From contig JAGXAE010000001.1 in the NCBI GenBank assembly GCA_018971725.1, positions 1 through 52,237 on the forward strand: a DNA stretch of 52,237 nucleotides. The letters are read 5' to 3'. The notes under the pieces are model-generated. The model ran no database searches and had not been told where the DNA came from. It saw only the letters and a program-made list of their open reading frames with translations. Positions 24,023-33,568 of the stretch are shown in pieces (position 1 is the first letter of the stretch; every line of letters starts with the position of its first letter). Source of the stretch: Pseudomonadota bacterium. Its GTDB lineage: Bacteria; Pseudomonadota; Alphaproteobacteria; Acetobacterales; Acetobacteraceae. A program made the translations under genes and the position numbers.

Positions 24023-24151
24023 CCGCGCGGGCCCAAATTTTCAGGCAAAATTTTTTGTAAAACGGTCGGATATTCCGGCAAACAATCCAGCGTCCAGCCG
24101 AATATACAGAAACAAAGATTTTTGAACGATTGCCCAGAACCAGGACATTTT

Positions 24152-24166
24152 TTTACCGTCCATTAA
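24152..24166. promoter_or_regulatory. CtrA-like box upstream of flgB
   Basis: TTTA-CCGTCCA-TTAA, one mismatch. Confidence 0.4.
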
Positions 24167-24250
24167 ACATCGCTTTGTAAATGTCTTTCCAGGCCGCCCC
24201 TAGGCGGCGCCAGCCGGCAAGAATTGCCATATGAGGGAAGGCGGAGCGGA

Positions 24251-24601
24251 ATGCAGGTGGGGTTTCTTAATTTTTACGGCGCTGTGCTGAACCTTCGCCA
24301 GGAACGTTCAGACCTTATCGCCAATAACATCGCCAACGCTGATACCCCGAATTACAAAGCCGTGGATGTGCCGTTCAACACCGCACTTGCCGGTGCGCTC
24401 GGCGCGCAACCAAGCGCCTCCTCTGGGCCTGAATACCGTCAAGACGGCGTGGTCGGCCTCAATGGCAACGATGTTTCGTTGGATAGCGAGCGCGTGGAAG
24501 CCGCGCAGAATGGCCAGGAGCTACAAGCGTCCACGGTTTTTCTGCATCAGGCGACAACCGATCTGGTTACCGCCCTCCGCCCGAACCCAAGCGGGAATTA
24601 A
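24251..24601 (+). CDS. flgB: rod protein FlgB
   Basis: LIANNIANADTPNYKAVD, NGNDVSLDSE. Confidence 0.93.
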   Translation: MQVGFLNFYGAVLNLRQERSDLIANNIANADTPNYKAVDVPFNTALAGALGAQPSASSGPEYRQDGVVGLNGNDVSLDSERVEAAQNGQELQASTVFLHQATTDLVTALRPNPSGN

Positions 24602-24634
24602 CAGGCCGGAATATTCGATACGGAGTCTTATCGT

Positions 24635-25075
24635 ATGAGCGATAGCATTTTCTCGATCATCGGCAGTTCCTTGAATGCGCAGGATCTGCGCATGGGAGCA
24701 ATTTCCTCCAATCTCGCCAACGCGTCCTCCGTGGCGGTACCCGGCGAACAGCCTTACCGTGCGCACGAACTCGTTTTTCAGGCGCAACCGGTTGTCGAAG
24801 GCGAATATGATGGCGGCTCCGGTGGTTCTGGCAATGGCGCGCTCGGCGTACAGGTTGTGGCTAACGTGCAGAGCAATGCGCCACCAACGATGAAATACGA
24901 CCCCGGTAACCCCTACGCGGATGCCTCCGGTTACGTAACATCGTCAAACGTCTCTCCGGTCGAGGAAATGGTGAATATGATCGACAGTTCCCACTCTTAT
25001 TCGGCTTCCGTTGCCATGTTGCAGCAGGCTAGCCGGATCGATCAGCAAATGATCAGCAGCTTTCAGGTGGCCTGA
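24635..25075 (+). CDS. flgC: rod protein FlgC
   Basis: ISSNLANA, PYR, YDPGNPYAD..GYV..SNV..EEMVNMI. Confidence 0.95.
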   Translation: MSDSIFSIIGSSLNAQDLRMGAISSNLANASSVAVPGEQPYRAHELVFQAQPVVEGEYDGGSGGSGNGALGVQVVANVQSNAPPTMKYDPGNPYADASGYVTSSNVSPVEEMVNMIDSSHSYSASVAMLQQASRIDQQMISSFQVA

Positions 25076-25761
25076 TGACAAGTCTTGCAACCAATGGCGT
25101 CAATTCCGCCAATGCCGCGTCCGTGGCGGCCTCAACCACGGCAAGCAACTCGTCCTCCGGCAGCGCATCCTCGCTGACACAGTCTGATTTCCTGCAACTC
25201 CTTACAGCGCAGTTAAAATATCAGTCGCCCAGTTCTCCGGCGGACCCGACCCAGATGGCGCAGGAGTTCGCGGCCATTTCCACGGTGCAGGGCATCAATC
25301 AGCTTAACACGCAACTCAGCGCCATCAGCGCCTCTAACGGCGCTTCGCAAATCGCCCAGGCGTCCTCGCTCGTCGGGCGGCAGGTGGCGGTAAGCGGCAG
25401 CAATATCATTGCTGACTCTTCAAGTAAGGCCGATGGCGCTTTCAGCCTGCCGAGCGCCACCGCCAGCACCAATGTGACAATTCTAAACCCCAATGGCAGC
25501 GTTGCCACCACGCTTGACCTTGGGGCGCTGCCCGCGGGGCCGCAAAGCTTCAGCTGGAGCGGCGGCACCGCCGGCACCACTTACAGCTATGACATCTCCG
25601 CCACCGATGCCAGTGGCAATTCCGTCTCGCCCACGCCGTACACGGTTTACAACGTGCAAGGCGTCAATCTTTCCGGCTCGTCGCCCACGCTCAACGTGGC
25701 CGGCTCCGCAACGCCGCTTCCCGTTTCCTCCGTGCAAACCGTTCTTGGAGCCTCCTCATGA
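25075..25761 (+). CDS. flgD: hook cap FlgD
   Basis: DFLQLLTAQLKYQSP..P.D. Confidence 0.93.
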   Translation: MTSLATNGVNSANAASVAASTTASNSSSGSASSLTQSDFLQLLTAQLKYQSPSSPADPTQMAQEFAAISTVQGINQLNTQLSAISASNGASQIAQASSLVGRQVAVSGSNIIADSSSKADGAFSLPSATASTNVTILNPNGSVATTLDLGALPAGPQSFSWSGGTAGTTYSYDISATDASGNSVSPTPYTVYNVQGVNLSGSSPTLNVAGSATPLPVSSVQTVLGASS

Positions 25762-26981
25762 CATTGCAAACAGCCTTATCCGGTCTGCTCGGCGCGCAAA
25801 CCGGTCTCAACACCGTCTCTAACGATCTCGCCAACGCCAACACCACGGCGTTCAAAAGCCAGACGGCGCTGTTCGAGGACGTATTCCCCGCCAATGCCAC
25901 CAATACGCCCGGCATCGGCACCGCGACGGAAGGCATCTCCACTGACCTTACCCAAGGCAATCTCACCGCCACGGGCAACTCGCTGGACGCCGCCATTCAG
26001 GGCAACGGGTATTTCGTCGTTTCCAATAACGGCAGCCAGCAATACACGCGCGACGGCGCCTTTCAGCTCAGCACCACGGGGCAGCTGGAAACTTTGAATG
26101 GTGCTTCCGTGCTTGGCTATTCCAGCACAAATGGCGTGCTCAACAGCACCTTGGGCTCAATCAGCATTAATACCGGCGCGATTCCCGCCACGCCCAGCGC
26201 AAATATCGGCGCGACGCTGGACCTCAACTCCGGCGATGCGCAAATTCCTTCCACCACCACCTTCAATCCGGCGGACCCAACAACCTACAGCGAAAGCACC
26301 TCGGTGGTGACATATGATTCGCTCGGTAACGCCAACCGCGTACAGCTTTATCTGGTGCAGAACCAGCCCGCCACCGCGGGGGCAACGCCAAGCTGGACTG
26401 TTTATGCCCAGCCGGAAGCCGCCTCTGGCAGCGCCGTCGGCACGCCGCAGAATTTGACCACGCTTAATTTCTCCAATTCCGGCACGCTCACCTCCGGCAG
26501 CCCCGCCACGCTCGCGGTGAACTGGGGCAATGGCGCCGCGTCTTCCAACATCGCGTTCAATTTTACCGGCACCACGCTATCGGCGCAGAATTTCGCGGTC
26601 GCGGGTGTCACTAACGACGGTTATCCCGCAGGCAGCTACACCGGCAGCACCATCAGCGCGGATGGCTCAATCACGGCGACCTATTCCAACCGTCAGACCG
26701 TCTCCGCCGGCAAAATCGCGCTCGCCAATTTCATCAACCCTGAAGGGCTGACACCGGCTTCCGGGAATCTTTTCGCTGCCAGCAACACATCCGGTCAGGC
26801 TGTGGTGAACACGCCCGGCAGCGGGTTGGCCGGCAGCCTCTCCGGCGGTGAGCTTGAATCCTCGAACGCCTCAACGTCCTCCTTGCTGGTCTCGCTCATT
26901 CAGTATCAGCAGGCTTACCAGGCCAATACATCGGTGATCCAGACCGAGCAGCAGGACAGCCAGCGCCTGGTGCAGATCTAA
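25758..26981 (+). CDS. flgE: hook protein FlgE
   Basis: LSGL..SNDLANANTTAFK, YTRDGAF, YDSLGN, LESSN. Confidence 0.95.
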   Translation: MTLQTALSGLLGAQTGLNTVSNDLANANTTAFKSQTALFEDVFPANATNTPGIGTATEGISTDLTQGNLTATGNSLDAAIQGNGYFVVSNNGSQQYTRDGAFQLSTTGQLETLNGASVLGYSSTNGVLNSTLGSISINTGAIPATPSANIGATLDLNSGDAQIPSTTTFNPADPTTYSESTSVVTYDSLGNANRVQLYLVQNQPATAGATPSWTVYAQPEAASGSAVGTPQNLTTLNFSNSGTLTSGSPATLAVNWGNGAASSNIAFNFTGTTLSAQNFAVAGVTNDGYPAGSYTGSTISADGSITATYSNRQTVSAGKIALANFINPEGLTPASGNLFAASNTSGQAVVNTPGSGLAGSLSGGELESSNASTSSLLVSLIQYQQAYQANTSVIQTEQQDSQRLVQI

Positions 26982-26984
26982 CCG

Positions 26985-27728
26985 ATGAACTCCGACTCCC
27001 TCTATACCGGCATGGCCGGGCTGCAAGCCATCTCGGCACAGATGCAGGCCGTGGCGAGTAACATTGCGAACACGCAAACGCCGGGTTACGAGGCGGTGCA
27101 AGCGGTTACGGACGCGCAACTCTATCAGGGCACCAATGCCCCGATTGGCGCGGACGCCACGCTGGAAACATTGGGGCCGGATTTGAAGCCGGGGCCGATG
27201 AAGGAGACGGGAGACCCGATGAATGTCGGCATTGGCGGCGATGCCTGGTTGCAGGTGCAAACCGCCAACGGCACGGCGCTGACGCGCGACGGCTCGTTCA
27301 GTATTTCCGCCGCTGGCCTGTTAACAGACTCAGCTGGCGACCCGATTCTTAACACCAACGGCACGCCGATCAGCCTGCCCGCCCTCGCCAAGCTTCAAAT
27401 CGGCGGCGATGGCACGCTCTCCGGTGTGTTGGCTTCCGACACCAGCGGCAAAGCCAGAAGCTTCGGGCAGATCGCATTGGTGGCCACACCTTCCGGCAAG
27501 CTCTCCTCGCTTGGCGGCTCGCTGTATCAGGCTCCCGCCAATACAGCTTTCACACCTGCCAGCGATGGGTCTCTGCATCAGGGCTACCTGAACGGCAGCA
27601 ATGTCGATCCCACCATGGCGATGATGCAAATGATCAACAGCAGCCGGTCTTATCAGCTTCAGACCGATCTGATGAAAAGCCAAAGCGGCGCCTCACAGGA
27701 TTTGAATAATCTGCTGGCACAAGGCTAG
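26985..27728 (+). CDS. flgF: rod protein FlgF
   Basis: SNIANTQTPGY, TRDGSF, GYLNGSNVDP. Confidence 0.92.
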   Translation: MNSDSLYTGMAGLQAISAQMQAVASNIANTQTPGYEAVQAVTDAQLYQGTNAPIGADATLETLGPDLKPGPMKETGDPMNVGIGGDAWLQVQTANGTALTRDGSFSISAAGLLTDSAGDPILNTNGTPISLPALAKLQIGGDGTLSGVLASDTSGKARSFGQIALVATPSGKLSSLGGSLYQAPANTAFTPASDGSLHQGYLNGSNVDPTMAMMQMINSSRSYQLQTDLMKSQSGASQDLNNLLAQG

Positions 27729-27752
27729 CAGGCCGGAAAACGGAGCAGCAAG

Positions 27753-28547
27753 ATGAACCACGCTTTGGATACCATCGCCACCGGCCTCGCCGCCAGCCAG
27801 ACGATGATGAATACAATCGCCGACAATCTCTCAAACGTAAACACCACCGGTTTCAAATCGGAGACGCCGGAGTTTCAAACATTGCTCTACCAGGACGGCA
27901 TTCAGCCGGGCGCCAACTCCTCGGGGCAAACAGTCTATCCCTCCGGGCTGGAGGTCGGCACTGGCGTCAGGGTTGCCTCCATCAAGGATACGTTAACACA
28001 AGGCACGCTCACCAGCACCGGCAACCCGCTGGATTTGGCCATCAACGGTTCCGGTTATTTCCAGGTGCTCATGCCAAACGGCCAGACGACCTACACGCGC
28101 GACGGCGCGTTTCAGCTCAACTCAACCGGCCAGCTCGTCACCTCCTCCGGCTACCAGGTGCTGCCCAACATCACCATTCCCAGCAACGCCACCTCGGTCA
28201 CCATCGGCACGGATGGCACGGTCTCGGTCACCCTGCCAGGCTCCTCCACGGCATCCCAGGTCGGGCAGGTGCAGCTCGCCAGCTTCGTCAACCCGCAAGG
28301 CCTGCAGCCGCTGGGCGGCAATCTTTACGCGTCCACAACCTCCTCCGGCACCGCCGTCACCGGCGCGCCGCAAAGCAATGGGCTGGGCTCGGTCAATCAA
28401 TCTTATCTCGAATCCTCGAATGTCGATGTCGTGCAATCGATGGTGAACATGATCTCGGCTGAGCGCGCCTACCAACTTGGCACTCAGGTCGCCAGCGCCA
28501 TCGACAATCAGCTCAATTATCTGGCCCAGGCCGCCGCCGGGGCATGA
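27753..28547 (+). CDS. flgG: distal rod protein FlgG
   Basis: NLSNVNTTGFK, FQTLLYQ, PSGLEVGTGV, YTRDGAF, LESSNVDVV. Confidence 0.95.
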   Translation: MNHALDTIATGLAASQTMMNTIADNLSNVNTTGFKSETPEFQTLLYQDGIQPGANSSGQTVYPSGLEVGTGVRVASIKDTLTQGTLTSTGNPLDLAINGSGYFQVLMPNGQTTYTRDGAFQLNSTGQLVTSSGYQVLPNITIPSNATSVTIGTDGTVSVTLPGSSTASQVGQVQLASFVNPQGLQPLGGNLYASTTSSGTAVTGAPQSNGLGSVNQSYLESSNVDVVQSMVNMISAERAYQLGTQVASAIDNQLNYLAQAAAGA

Positions 28548-29218
28548 AAAAGCTGCTGCCATTTCTGCTGCTGGCGGGCTGCCAGACCGCCGCCGCCCCG
28601 CCGCCCGCTCTGGTCAAGCCCGCCGCCTTTCCGGTGGCGGCGGAAATTCCAGCGGCCGCGCAGGATGGTTCGGTGTTTCCCGCCTCCACCACGGGTTCCC
28701 TCTACGCCCCAAGGCGGGATTGGCGCATGGGTGATCTCGTCACCATCAACATCGTCACCAGCAGCGCGGCCAGCAACACGGATGACGCGGCCTTAAAGCG
28801 CACGGGCACCATCAACGACTCAATGACCAGCTTCATGGGCGTGCCGATGAGCTTCGGCCATATCAATGGCGGCAGTCTCGCCCCCACCATCGGCGCTACG
28901 TCAGATCAGGAATATGCTGGCACGGGCTCGGCCACCGCCGCCAATAACATCTCCGGCCAGGTGGAGGCTGTTGTTACCAGCGTCGATGCCAATGGCATCC
29001 TCACTCTTGAAGGCCGTACCAACGTCAATATCAACGGCAATGTCACCTCCATCGTCGTCACCGGCTATGCCAGCCCTGACGATATCGCCGCTAACACCAC
29101 CATCAGCTCAAATCAGGTCGCGGATATGAATGTCCAATATGTCGGCGTCGGGCCCATCAGCGGCGCGCACCAATTGCCCTGGTTGCAGCGCATCCTTAAC
29201 AAAGTGGCGCCGTTCTGA
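28544..29218 (+). CDS. flgH: L-ring lipoprotein FlgH
   Basis: Lipobox LAGC, GDLVTI, ISSNQVAD, C-terminal PWLQRILNKVAPF. Confidence 0.92.
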   Translation: MKKLLPFLLLAGCQTAAAPPPALVKPAAFPVAAEIPAAAQDGSVFPASTTGSLYAPRRDWRMGDLVTINIVTSSAASNTDDAALKRTGTINDSMTSFMGVPMSFGHINGGSLAPTIGATSDQEYAGTGSATAANNISGQVEAVVTSVDANGILTLEGRTNVNINGNVTSIVVTGYASPDDIAANTTISSNQVADMNVQYVGVGPISGAHQLPWLQRILNKVAPF

Positions 29219-30324
29219 TGCGCCGGCGCGATTTCTCTTTGCTCTGCCTCAGCCTTACCTTGGGTATTGCGCCGAAGGCGCGGGCGGATAGCACTACAAT
29301 TGGCGAGCTTGTTTCCGTGGCGGGCGCCCCCACCAACCAGCTTTACGGCTACGGCCTCGTCGTCGGCCTGCCCGGCACGGGGGACCAGACGACGCAGGTG
29401 CCCTACACCCAGCAATCCATCCTCAACATGCTGCGCAACATGGGCGTGGCGCTGCCCAATGTATCCACCATGCAGCCCAACGATGTCGCCTCCGTCATGG
29501 TCACGTCGGAAGTGCCGGCCTTCGCCCATGCCGGGCAGCATGTGGATGTCACGGTTTCGGCGGTGGGTAACGCCACCTCGTTGGCGGGCGGGGTGCTGTT
29601 GCCCACGCCATTGCGCGGTGGCAACGGCGTGATTTACGGCCAGGCGCAAGGGCCGCTGCTGGTGAGTGGCTTCGCCGCAAGCGCGGGCGGCACATCAGCC
29701 AGTGTCAATGTGCCCACGGTCGGCTCGTTGCCCGGCGGCGCCATCCTCGCCAACACCATCCCGGCTGCCTTCAGCGTCAATGGCAGTTCGGCCCTGCTGC
29801 TCAACGATCCCAGCTACGAAACCGCACAGCAGATTGCCGATGTCATCAACGCGGCCTATGGCGGCGGTGCCGCGAATGCCGTCTCGCCCGGCGAGGTGGA
29901 CGTGAACGCGCAGGGCCAAGATGCCATGCGCTTCATGTCCAATGTCCTGTCTCTGCCGATCACCCCGAAGGACCAGGCGCCAACCATCATCGTGGATGCG
30001 CAGAGCGGCACCATCGTGATGAACGCGGGCGTCACTCTGGGCCCAGCCGTGGTCAGCCATGGGGACTTGACCGTGAATATCCAAACGCAAAATGCCGTGA
30101 GCCAGCCAGGGCCTTTCTCCAACGGTAGCACTGTTGGTGTGCAGAATACCGTCGTCAATGCCTCTCAGGGCAAGGCGCAGGTCATCGATCTGCCGCGCGC
30201 CGCCACCCTGCAGAACGTCGCGGCGGCGCTCAACGCCGTCGGCGCCACGCCGCAAGACCTCATCGCCATCATCCAGGCGCTGAAACAGGCTGGCGCCATC
30301 AACGGCAAAATCAAGGTGATCTGA
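29218..30324 (+). CDS. flgI: P-ring protein FlgI
   Basis: NQLYGYGLVVGLPGTGD, DVTVSAVGNATSLAGGVLLPTPL, DLIAIIQALKQAGA. Confidence 0.96.
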   Translation: MRRRDFSLLCLSLTLGIAPKARADSTTIGELVSVAGAPTNQLYGYGLVVGLPGTGDQTTQVPYTQQSILNMLRNMGVALPNVSTMQPNDVASVMVTSEVPAFAHAGQHVDVTVSAVGNATSLAGGVLLPTPLRGGNGVIYGQAQGPLLVSGFAASAGGTSASVNVPTVGSLPGGAILANTIPAAFSVNGSSALLLNDPSYETAQQIADVINAAYGGGAANAVSPGEVDVNAQGQDAMRFMSNVLSLPITPKDQAPTIIVDAQSGTIVMNAGVTLGPAVVSHGDLTVNIQTQNAVSQPGPFSNGSTVGVQNTVVNASQGKAQVIDLPRAATLQNVAAALNAVGATPQDLIAIIQALKQAGAINGKIKVI

Positions 30325-31160
30325 TGGCCGTTTCCTCCACTTCATCTCACCCCACTGCGGCGCAGGAGATGCAGCGCCTCACCGGTGTGCTCTGGTATCA
30401 GATGCTTTCCAGCCTCAACCAGACTGGCATGGATGAAGGCGCCCTGGGCGCTGGCGGCGGCGATTTCCAGAGCATGTTCTTGTGGAATCTTGCCCAGAAT
30501 GATTTCGGTAAATACGATTCAGGGTTGATCCAGGCGGCCATGCACCAGATCGGCGGCGCCGCGTCCCAGGCCCCGGCGGCAACGCCCTCAACTCTTGCCG
30601 CCCTTGCTGCCAAGGCCGCTTTTACCACTCCGGCATCCTCAACGCCGGTGCAAGACGCAACGCCCTCTCCAAATCTTGTTACCCAGGCCACGAATTTCGC
30701 GAAAGCCGTGTGGCCGCAGATCACCGCCGCCGCGCAGGCGCTGGGTGTGCCCGCTGTCGCGGTGCTGGCGCAAACGGCGCTGGAAACAGGCTGGGGCGCC
30801 TCGGCGCCTGGCAACAACCTGTTTGGCATCAAGTCCAGCGGCGGCGAAAACGGTTCCACCCACGGCACGCATGAGATGGTGGATGGCGTGCTCACCCCCC
30901 AACTTGCCAACTTCCGCGATTATCAAAGCACGGAAGGCAGCGTGGCGGATTATGTCGGCCTCATCCAATCCTCGTACCAGAGCGCCACGGGGCAGGGTAG
31001 TGTGGCCGGTTTTGCCCAGGCGCTGCAAGCGAGTGGCTACGCCACGGATAACGATTACGCCACCAAAATCGAACAGATCGCGCACTCACCGATCATGGCC
31101 CGGGTACTCCAGGCGGTCGGTGCCACGCCCATTTCCTCTAGCAACGGAGCTGCATCATGA
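30324..31160 (+). CDS. flgJ: two-domain FlgJ (rod cap + GH73 peptidoglycan hydrolase)
   Basis: AQTALETGWG, NNLFGIK, FRDY, GYATD; located between flgI and flgK. Confidence 0.9.
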   Translation: MAVSSTSSHPTAAQEMQRLTGVLWYQMLSSLNQTGMDEGALGAGGGDFQSMFLWNLAQNDFGKYDSGLIQAAMHQIGGAASQAPAATPSTLAALAAKAAFTTPASSTPVQDATPSPNLVTQATNFAKAVWPQITAAAQALGVPAVAVLAQTALETGWGASAPGNNLFGIKSSGGENGSTHGTHEMVDGVLTPQLANFRDYQSTEGSVADYVGLIQSSYQSATGQGSVAGFAQALQASGYATDNDYATKIEQIAHSPIMARVLQAVGATPISSSNGAAS

Positions 31161-33091
31161 GCGGCATTGCCAACGCCATGTCCACCGCCCTGTCCGGGCT
31201 CGAATTATTCCAGACTGGCATCTCCACCGTCTCCAACAATCTCGCCAACATCACCACCAGCGGCTATTCGGCGGAGAGCGTGGACGCCCAAACCCAGGCG
31301 GCCGCCCCAGGCCAACCCGGTGCGGGCGTGCAGCCCGCGCAAATCACCCGTGCGGCCTCCGGTTTTGCCGCGGCGCAATTGCGCAACGCCAATGCCGCCG
31401 GGTCCGCCGCCGCTTCGCAATCCACCGCGCTCACGGCACTTTCAAACGCGCTCACCAATAATGGCGATGTGCAGACCGCCATCAACCAGTTCTTTCAGGA
31501 TATCAGCACGCTCGCTTCAAACCCCACCAGCGCCGCGCAACGGCAGACGGTCCTGTCCGACGCGCAAACAATCATCGGCTCGTTTCAAAGTGCCTCGGCC
31601 AGCATTACCGGCACCCTTATCGGCGCGCAGGAAACGCTTTCCACCGGCGTCACCTCCACCAACACGCTGCTCGGCCAGCTTGCCACCATCAACACCGCGC
31701 TGGCGCAATCGCCAAATTCGCCCAGCCTGCTCGACCAGCAGCAGGCAGCCCTCAATTCTCTCTCGCAATATCTGCCGGTGAGCGCCATCACGCAAAGCGA
31801 TGGCAGTGTCATCGTCGCCACTGGCGGCACTGTGCTGCTGGACCAGAGCGGCGCGCAGGCCCTGGCCGTCGCCACCTCCTCGGGCGGCACGCTGCGCGTC
31901 ACGGCGGGGAATGATAAAACGCCCGTCACCCTCACGGAAGCGGACGGGTCTCTCGGTGCCGCGCTCGGCAATATCGTCGCGGGCAATCAGGCCACGCAAT
32001 CCCTTGGCGCGCTGGCGGCTATTTTCGCTGCCCAGGTTAACACCGCCCAGGCCCAGGGGCTGGACCAGAACGGCGCCATCGGCCAGGCGCTGCTATCGGT
32101 GCCCGCCCCCAGCGCCACCCCCGCCGCCAGCAACACCGGCAGTGCTGTCATCACCGCCGGCATCGCCAATGCTGCCGCCCTGCCCACCGATGGCGGGCCG
32201 TTCACCCTCAGCTACAGCAGCACCACGGGCTGGAGCGCCGTGGATCAGGCCAGCGGCCAGAGCTACAGCGTCAGCGGCACGCCGCCCAGCTTCGCGGGTC
32301 TGGCGCTCGGCATTACCGGCACACCGGCCAATGGGGACAGCTTCGTCGTCAACCCGGCCCCCTCGGCGGCCACGGGCCTCAGTCTCGTGGCCACTTCCGG
32401 CAGCGCCATCGCGGCGGCGGACCCTTACGTCGCCACCCCCGGCACATTGCAGGCCGATGGCTCGGTGCTGAACAACAACGCCGGCACCATCTCCACCGGA
32501 ACAGACAGCGTCGCCACCACGCCCGCCACCGGCGCCGCAATCATTCCCGCCAGCTATTACGGGCAAAATCTGCAAATCAACTTCACCTCCGCCACCGCCT
32601 ACACGGTCAGCACCACCGCCAGCCCCGGCACTGCCATCGCCAGCGGCACGCTAAGCGGCGGCAGTGGTGAAGTCGCCATCGCCTACCCGGCGGGCGCCGC
32701 ATCGGGGCAGTATTGGCAATTGCCGATTTCCGGCGCGCCGGTTGCGGGCGATACGCTAACCCTAACCCCCGGCGGCAGTTCCAGCGGCAGCAACGCCCAG
32801 CGCCTGGCATCGTTGTGGACAGCACCCGCCACCACAACCACCGGCACGCTGGAGCAAAGCTTCGTTGGGCTTTCCACCGGCCTTGGCGCCAACGCTTCGG
32901 CGGCGCAGCAGCTTGCCAGCGCCACCGCCGCGCAGGTTACCACCGCCACCGGCAATCTCTCCACTGTCGCGGGCGTCAACAGCGACCAGCAGGCCGTCAT
33001 CCTCACCAATTACGAACAAGCCTATCAGGCGGCGGCGCAGGTCATCAGCACCGCGCACACCATGTTCGAATCCCTGCTGACTTCCGTTTGA
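31157..33091 (+). CDS. flgK: hook-associated protein FlgK
   Basis: ALSGL..SNNLAN..GYS; C-terminal GVNSDQQ..YEQAYQAAAQVI..MFESLL. Confidence 0.94.
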   Translation: MSGIANAMSTALSGLELFQTGISTVSNNLANITTSGYSAESVDAQTQAAAPGQPGAGVQPAQITRAASGFAAAQLRNANAAGSAAASQSTALTALSNALTNNGDVQTAINQFFQDISTLASNPTSAAQRQTVLSDAQTIIGSFQSASASITGTLIGAQETLSTGVTSTNTLLGQLATINTALAQSPNSPSLLDQQQAALNSLSQYLPVSAITQSDGSVIVATGGTVLLDQSGAQALAVATSSGGTLRVTAGNDKTPVTLTEADGSLGAALGNIVAGNQATQSLGALAAIFAAQVNTAQAQGLDQNGAIGQALLSVPAPSATPAASNTGSAVITAGIANAAALPTDGGPFTLSYSSTTGWSAVDQASGQSYSVSGTPPSFAGLALGITGTPANGDSFVVNPAPSAATGLSLVATSGSAIAAADPYVATPGTLQADGSVLNNNAGTISTGTDSVATTPATGAAIIPASYYGQNLQINFTSATAYTVSTTASPGTAIASGTLSGGSGEVAIAYPAGAASGQYWQLPISGAPVAGDTLTLTPGGSSSGSNAQRLASLWTAPATTTTGTLEQSFVGLSTGLGANASAAQQLASATAAQVTTATGNLSTVAGVNSDQQAVILTNYEQAYQAAAQVISTAHTMFESLLTSV

Positions 33092-33100
33092 GGTTTTTGA

Positions 33101-33562
33101 ATGAAAAAGATCATCATCGGCGCCGTCGCGGCGCTCCTGCTGCTCGGCGGCGGTGGCGGCGGTGCATGGGCCTATCTGCATATGCGGCATCACGCCGGGC
33201 CACCCAAGCCCCCGCCGCCTAAGCCGATCCTGTTCGCTGAGCTCGACAATCTCGTGGTCAGCGTTCCGGTGGATTCCAGCGGTCAGTCCGGCCAGGCCTA
33301 TGTGCAATTCGCCATTGAGTTCGCCAGCACGAATCCCGCCGCCGTCACCAGCTTCAACGCCCTCCAGCCAATCATCAAGGCGGACACAATCAACTTGCTG
33401 ATGGCGCAGAACGCCAAGCAACTGATGGATCCCTCCACCCATGCGGCGCTGGCGAAAAACTGCCTCGGCATCGCCAACCAGGTTCTTAACAAAAGCGCGG
33501 AATTCACCCCGGCCAACCCCTTCACTGCCGCCTACATCACCAACATCGTAGAACAGGACTGA
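33101..33562 (+). CDS. fliL: basal-body protein FliL
   Basis: N-terminal TM with poly-Gly, LVVS, PIIKADTINLL, C-terminal YITNIVEQ. Confidence 0.85.
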   Translation: MKKIIIGAVAALLLLGGGGGGAWAYLHMRHHAGPPKPPPPKPILFAELDNLVVSVPVDSSGQSGQAYVQFAIEFASTNPAAVTSFNALQPIIKADTINLLMAQNAKQLMDPSTHAALAKNCLGIANQVLNKSAEFTPANPFTAAYITNIVEQD

Positions 33563-33568
33563 AGCCCT

